The notes beneath the pieces were generated by a model. That model did not search any database. It was not told the DNA's origin and saw only the letters and a list, made by a program, of their open reading frames with translations. Made by a program: the position numbers and the translations under genes. DNA of 64,000 nt, taken from positions 51,460,001 to 51,524,000 of the forward strand of contig OZ024749.1 in the NCBI GenBank assembly GCA_964016885.1, read 5' to 3'. Shown here in pieces: positions 12,898 through 64,000 of the stretch; position 1 is the first letter of the stretch; every line of letters starts with the position of its first letter. This DNA comes from Eledone cirrhosa (taxonomy: Eukaryota).

Positions 12898-12982
12898 GGT
12901 CTGACGAGCCGTGGATTACAGAGTCAGGCTGGATCGATACAGATCGAACCTTGACCTTATCAGTGGCGAAACGCGTGTCACC
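12898..12982 (+). ncRNA. Type-I hammerhead ribozyme motif
   Basis: GGU-CUGACGA-GCC...GGC-GAAAC-GCGU-GUC/ACC, then AAUAAA. Decayed relatives near 20105-20190(-), 26479-26569(-) and 53299-53380(+). Confidence 0.7.
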
Positions 12983-13133
12983 AACCAATAAACGTAATGA
13001 AGGAGTAACCACTTGTCCTTGTTTTATTTTACTATAATACATTCTGTCTAGCTCTACACCTCAACACAGAAGTGAACCTAAACATCGAGTGCTCACCTGG
13101 GTGAATCTAAAGTAACTCCAAGTTACACTCCCT

Positions 13134-13178
<45 letters not shown>

Positions 13179-13257
13179 TAATAGATATGTATACATTAAA
13201 ATCATGTTTTTTTATTTCTTTGCTAATCTTTATCTTCTTTTCTTTTTATAATTTCAG

Positions 13258-57513
<44,256 letters not shown>

Positions 57514-58146
57514 CTAAAACTCCAATTGAGTTAGAAGAGTAATACTTGCAAACTGACGCTGAGCAGAACATCAAGCAAAATGAACGTTTTTGTTTTGGAT
57601 TTTTTTTTTTCATTCTTTTATCAGGAGCAAAACTCTTTATCACCCTTTTGAGTGATATAAAATGGCTTGCTGGACTTCCCAAGAGGTGCATTTTTTTAAA
57701 TCAAATGTCCTTATATTAATGGTGCTATGTATTTAGCTTTAGTATTTACCATAAACATCTTATTGTCTCCATCAATGATCGAATTGCTGGGGTGGGTTTT
57801 TCTGTAACTTAAAAAAAATAGAAACATTTTTTTTGTAAATGAAATAAATATGAAAATATAAGAAATAAGTGTGTTAACACACACACATATATATGCACAC
57901 ACAAATATATTTTAAGTAAATGTTAAACTTTCTTATTTTAGTCTTTAAGCTTTACTTCCTCAATATATTTGAACTATAGATTCCATATTTCCTGGACTCA
58001 CAAACCCCAAATGCTATTGTAATATTTTTGGTGTCGAAATTCTTACAAAACTGTAATAGGGATCTTGTTCTTGTTTGGTTATTTACTTTAATAAATAATA
58101 TTATTATTGTATTATCTATCTATATATGTGTGTATATGTATATGTG

Positions 58147-58185
<39 letters not shown>

Positions 58186-58220
58186 ATATATGTATATGTA
58201 TATGTATATATATATGTATG

Positions 58221-58251
<31 letters not shown>

Positions 58252-58347
58252 ACATATGTATGTGTATATATATATATTTATATTTATGTATATATGCATG
58301 CATGTATGAATGCATAAAATATATATACACACATATGTGTATATATG

Positions 58348-58391
<44 letters not shown>

Positions 58392-58394
58392 CAA

Positions 58395-58434
<40 letters not shown>

Positions 58435-59112
58435 ATGTATGATATATATATATATGCGCATGTGTACATGCATACATAAATATATATATCGGATTTTTCT
58501 TGTTTTGTTTTTCTGTCATCATCACCCTCAAAACTATTTCTAACGATACTGTGATGTTCAAAATAAAACACTGCCAGGGGTTTCTTTTTTTCGGATTTTT
58601 TTTTTTTGTGTAAAGATATATGGAAAAATGTACTTTATTGAAGTACGAGAACCAAACATCTTAAGGTATAGCTGGAAATGAGAGAAAATTGAAACAGAAA
58701 ATAACCATCTTCTCTAACACAAACAGACTGAGCTGGATTTGAATAATACCTAACTATCAATCTAGCTACATATATATTTTGTTTTTGTTTTTTTAAATCT
58801 ATGCAGCTATCTATTTGTTTATTTGTTTATAGACAGATAATTAGATAAATAGATTGATAGAAAGGTACTACTCTATTACTCTATAACGTGTTCCAGACGA
58901 CTGGCTGAGGACATGCTGGGGCACCAATTCATTCATAATACATATTTGAAAGAAATATTTTTGTTTATACCTACTAGAAAACCCTTATTCTTTTTTAATG
59001 ACATTGTTGGTACAATTCAATTATTTGGTGATTAAAAATGCATTTCTGAGAAAAGAATAAAAAGATGTGTATTTCTTTTTATATGCAAAATAGTTCACTA
59101 CAAATATTTTTC

Positions 59113-59145
<33 letters not shown>

Positions 59146-59154
59146 ATTGATAAA

Positions 59155-59199
<45 letters not shown>

Positions 59200-61229
59200 G
59201 TTTTTTTTTTTTTAAAAACAAAACAAAATTATGAAATGATGCTGAACATTCTTCTCTGCACATGATAAAGATGACAGTTATGGCTAAGTTACTGGCTATA
59301 TGTATGTCTACAATTAAATCTAATTTCACTATTAATTACAAAAAACCGTATCTAATTTATAAATTTGTATATTGAAAAGAAAGAAGGAAAAAAATAAAAG
59401 CAAGTGGTGAAAAGAAGTTTTTTCTCTCTCTTTCTCTCTCTCTCTCTTTCTTTCTCTCTCCCTTTCTTTCCCTTATCAATTCTCTACATTACTAGAACAA
59501 ACAAATAAATTAAATTTATAAGAAGGGCTTTTAAAAACATTCTATGTGCATGTAATTACAATCTGTCTTGTCGAATGACAAGCAATTTTCACTCATTTCA
59601 AAGCTCTCCTTCCCTTGCATAACTTATAGTATGCAAGGTTCATTTTGTTGTTTTTTATATCAAATCAAATCAAATCAAATCAAATAATTTTTTTTTATAA
59701 TACTATGTAAATAAATGGAGTGTATTCCATTACCTCTCCAGTACTGACTCAAATTATTATTATTATTGCTACTACTGCTGCAGCTACTGTTGCAGCAATT
59801 GCAGATATGTGGTGCAGTGGTAAATTCTCATTTAAAATTTAATGCAACCATTTGGCAAATTTCCATTCCCAATTGGAATAGTTTCTTCTACTTACTGTGT
59901 AATTTGGAAATTTTCAACAAATAACTATTTTATTCTTTTTTTAAAGAAACAATTAAAATAAAAGCAATAATTTTCCTCTAGTTATCATCAAACACTTTAA
60001 GAGTTTTCTGTCGGGTCCCAAATAATAGGGGTCGGAATAACCGTGGAATTAGAATAAGTGGGGAGTTAGAAAATCAGTAATTTTTCAAGATTGTGTCAGT
60101 TAATTTTTCAAAAAACCAGAATTAGTCGTTTAGTTTACATATTGAGACCCCAACCCATCCTATTTATTTAATAACATATGAGATTTCTAATAATGTTCTT
60201 TATTTTTTCTCTCATATATAATGTTTTTTAATGTATAAAGAAAATTATTTATCATAGGAATGCTACCACTTAAAATTTCATCGGCGATTAGCAAAATTTA
60301 ATAAGCAGGGGTTTGGAATAAGAGGTGGAGAGATTGGAAAAATTAATAAACGGTGGAGGACAATTATTGAAGACCCAAGAGTACTTAGTGTTTATTTTTG
60401 TGGTTTGTTCATAGAATATTTAAAAATAAAATATAATTAATAATTGGTTTGACTCTGCTCTTTAAAGAACTGATAGTAAAGTTATTGATAGTGGATTAGA
60501 TAAAGATTATCCTAGCCCCTATTTTGTTGGTTTGTTTTTTTCTTAACCATTTCATGACCGCATTTCTAATGAAATACACTCTATTTTAATTAATTAATGA
60601 AGAATTTTAAGAGATTTACTAAAATTATTAATTATTTCATTACTAAGATAGTAAATTAATGTAAGGTTCTTATATAAAATTATGTTGGAAAATTTAAATT
60701 TAAATTAAAATTTAAATGGGTGGTTTTATTTCACAGAACCAGAGTCGGTTTTTGGCCAGGTTGATAATTAAAGGGTTAATGATCCAACGTTCGTTTTTAA
60801 TAGATGTTAGTCTTTCATGTGAGAATTTGGTTTCGTCTTTAAATTCTGTTAATATCCTCTATTCTTTATGTTTGCTAATATTAAAAAATATATATATATA
60901 TATTTTTTTATAAAATCTTTCTTTCATCACGTATATAACAGTTTTAATAGTTCTGATAAAGCTATCTATCCCTTCCAGGATTAATATGGATGTTCAGGTG
61001 CTTATTGGGGTATTTATGAATAAAGAAAGGAAAGAACCATCTATGTCAATAAGTTTTAGTTTCTTTTCATCGTATGTGATGAAGTGTAAATTAAATAAAT
61101 GATACGTTTTTTCATTGTTCCTCATTTTACTTTTTCTTTTTTTTTTTTAAATAAGTGTTCCTACAAATTTCATTTACTTTATAGATAAGAACTTAGCAAC
61201 TGGTTTAAAATAGTACACTAAATATACAT

Positions 61230-61660
61230 TTAACCCTTTCGTTACCATATTTCTAATGAAAGGCACAATCTATGTCTTTAACTCTTTCATTACCATATTT
61301 CTAATGAAAGGCACTGTCTATGTCATTAACCCTTTCATTACCATATTTCTAATGAAAGACACTGTCTATGTCTTTAACCCTTTCATTACCATATTTCTAA
61401 TGAAAGGCACTGTCTATGTCTTTAACCCTTTCATTACCATATTTCTAATGAAAGTCACTGTCTATGTCTTTAACCCTTTCATTACCATATTTCTAATGAA
61501 AGACACTGTCTATGTCATTAACCCTTTCATTACCATATTTCTAATGAAAGGCACTGTCTATGTCTTTAACCCTTTCATTACCATATTTCTAATGAAAGGC
61601 ACTGTCTATGTCATTAACCCTTTCATTACCATATTTCTAATGAAAGGCACTGTCTATGAT
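61230..61660. repeat. 48-bp minisatellite (about 9 copies) built from a TTAA-CCC MITE end
   Basis: taaccctttcattaccatatttctaatgaaaggcactgtctatgtctt. Confidence 0.9.
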
Positions 61661-63289
61661 TTTCAAATAATTTTGAAAATAATCAAAGAATTTGGAGGAG
61701 TTAGTAATATAAATATCTTTCTTATTATTAAGATATTGTTTATATGCTTTGTTGCAAATAGTTCCATCCCTTTGCATTATGGTTTCAAATCCCACTGAGG
61801 TTAGCTTTGCTATTCATCCTTATGGGGACATTAAAAATAAAATACCAACAACGCACTGGGGTCAATTTCATTGACTTTCCCTTCCCCAAAATTGCTGGCT
61901 TTATGCCTAAATCCGCAACCATTTGTAAGCTCTTGTTTAGAACATAGATGTTCTTGCATAAAATTATGGTGGAAGGTTTTTAGATACAAAAAAGAACACT
62001 TTAAAAAAGGGATAGTTTAAGACCGTTTGGTATCAAAAGGTTTAAATAGTTTCGTAGATTACTTTCTTTTTTTTTTTTTTTTGTATATGACATCAAGTAG
62101 TTGTTGCTGTGTGTGATACACTCCATCAAAGCTGTCTTTTGTACAGTGATAAATAAATAGTGACATATATATTAAGCCTGAACATAATGGAATCAAATTC
62201 CCACTGTCACTGCCTCTGTCTCTTTCACTGTCCCCATCTCTCACTATTACAAGCAAATGGGAGTCTATGCGCTGGCCATCCCACAGCCCTGGTGGACAGA
62301 ATAGAAAAGGTATTTTTCCAGAGGATGGTGAGGGAGATGTGATTGAAGAGCCATTCCAGCCCATGAGGCTCACACCTGATGGTAGCTAACTCTGTGCCAG
62401 TGGTGGTGAGTAGGGAGGTGGACACCCAAAATCTCCACTGTCATCAAGTTAGGGTTGATGCAAATATAGGTTTGTAAATAGAAGTTTATCTTATCAATCC
62501 TCTCCTTTTCACAACTTTGATATATTTATAATACTTTGGAAAAATGGCTGAGAAATTTAAATATGAAATCTCTGGCTCTTTGATGTGTTGGTAATCATGT
62601 CCATTTTCCCTCCTACTAGCAAGGGTTGGATACATGGTTATCATCACAGACTGTTCAGTATTCAAGTGAATCCATCGACATCCAGGTGAGCTAGGGGCTC
62701 AACATATGATAGCCTTCCCTATAAAGTGCATTTTATCAGGTAGATCACCAACACTAGGAAAGTTTATGTCTTTCACACAACTGAATAATCCTCCCCAAAC
62801 ATTTGTTTGGCTGGATGCCCTTTACTATCAACAACCACTTTACAGACTGTACTGGGTGAGTTTATCATGAAGATCACTAATATTGACCCTTTAGCATTTA
62901 CATTACTCTATATTTCCTATTGTATTTTCACATTAAAGGCTGAATCTCTCATAATTATCTCACATAATATCAAATCTATGAGATTTTGATATTATTTATT
63001 TTGAGAACAATACCTAAACATCAGTATAAGCAGCCACTTACAGCCAGTTTGAACAGAAAGGTGAGAAAATTCCTGGCTGGATATGGTCAGTTTAAAAGCT
63101 AAAGGGTTAAGAAATCTGTCATGCCTATAGCATAACTGAAGAGCCCTTGCAACTATCCATTATATACATTTGCTTTTATTAGAACATATCTCCATCAAAT
63201 TTCCTATTACTCTTGTAAATTTTGAACAGGTTTAGGAAGAGTGTAGAATAGTTTAGTCTTATTTACTCCATTTGTCATAGTCATATGGT

Positions 63290-64000
63290 TGAGTCACATC
63301 ACATTATTTAATACATTGGAAGATGATCTCTGATATGCTCTGGATAGGTTTGTTGCTGAGTGATGCACAGCAGGAATGATAATCAATGCTGCCAAGACTG
63401 AGACATTCACCCTCTCAAGGAAGCCTGTGCAGTACATACTGCGTGTGAGTAGAGTTACACAGAAACAGGTGGAGAAGTTCAAGTACCTGAGAGCCATGTT
63501 CATGTCTGATGGAAAGCAGGAGGTTGAATTAAATGCAAGACTTGCAGGAGTTGGTCCAGTAATGAGTCAGCTTCAGCTGTCAGTCTTCTGAAGATGGGAA
63601 ACAGGTATAAAAACCCAACTCGCTGTTGTTAATTTGATATTCACACTACCCTTATCTATGGTCATGAATCTTGGATAATGACCAAAAGCAACTGAAATGA
63701 GGTTCTTCTGAAGGGTCTTTGGAGTAATGTTACTTGATAGAGTGCATAGCTTGGAAATCAGAGTCACTGCAGATAGAGCTGCTACTTCTCCGAATCAAGA
63801 GATCACAGCTCTGGTACTACAGACATGTGGTTAGAATGTCTAACAAAAAGAAAACCCCGGACAGATTTTTCAAGTAAAGTCAACTGGCAGGATTCTCAGG
63901 GGTAGACCACAAGCAACATAGTTGGATAACATCCATGAGCTCGGCTGGTCTCGCTTGGGGATCCAGCTAGATCATTTGGAGATGGTTGCTTCTGATAAGA
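63290..64000 (+). mobile_element. Decayed RTE-clade LINE (RT C-terminal region toward 3' end)
   Basis: AGMIINAAKTE...QVEKFKYL and later RGRPQATxLDNIHELGWSRLG, with stops and frameshifts. Confidence 0.8.

Noticed and set aside
57514-59500. Defined polyadenylation site of the collagen gene
   Set aside because: Many AATAAA hexamers occur in AT-rich sequence, and one cannot be chosen without transcript data.

Overview
AT-rich, repeat-dense animal genomic DNA. The SINE, RTE and (TA)n landscape suggests an octopus-like cephalopod (inference). The window is dominated by one + strand, multi-exon gene for a type IV (basement-membrane) collagen, alpha2-like chain. I traced 40 GT-AG exons by hand from 13258 to the stop at 57513. 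They join in frame to about 5079 nt, or about 1692 aa: 7S domain, interrupted Gly-X-Y helix and NC1. The signal-peptide exon was not found. Introns and flanks hold tRNA-derived SINEs, RTE and CR1 LINE fragments, Tc1/mariner, piggyBac-like and hAT MITEs, and micro- and minisatellites. Most ORF-track entries are simple-repeat artefacts. The most unusual signal is a dense set of about 15 intact or decayed type-I hammerhead ribozyme motifs from several sequence families, on both strands. They lie in short (TA)n-associated elements that often carry inverted tail duplications or long palindromes, resembling Penelope-like/retrozyme elements. Some are on the collagen pre-mRNA strand. All calls were made by eye, with no searches or folding programs run.
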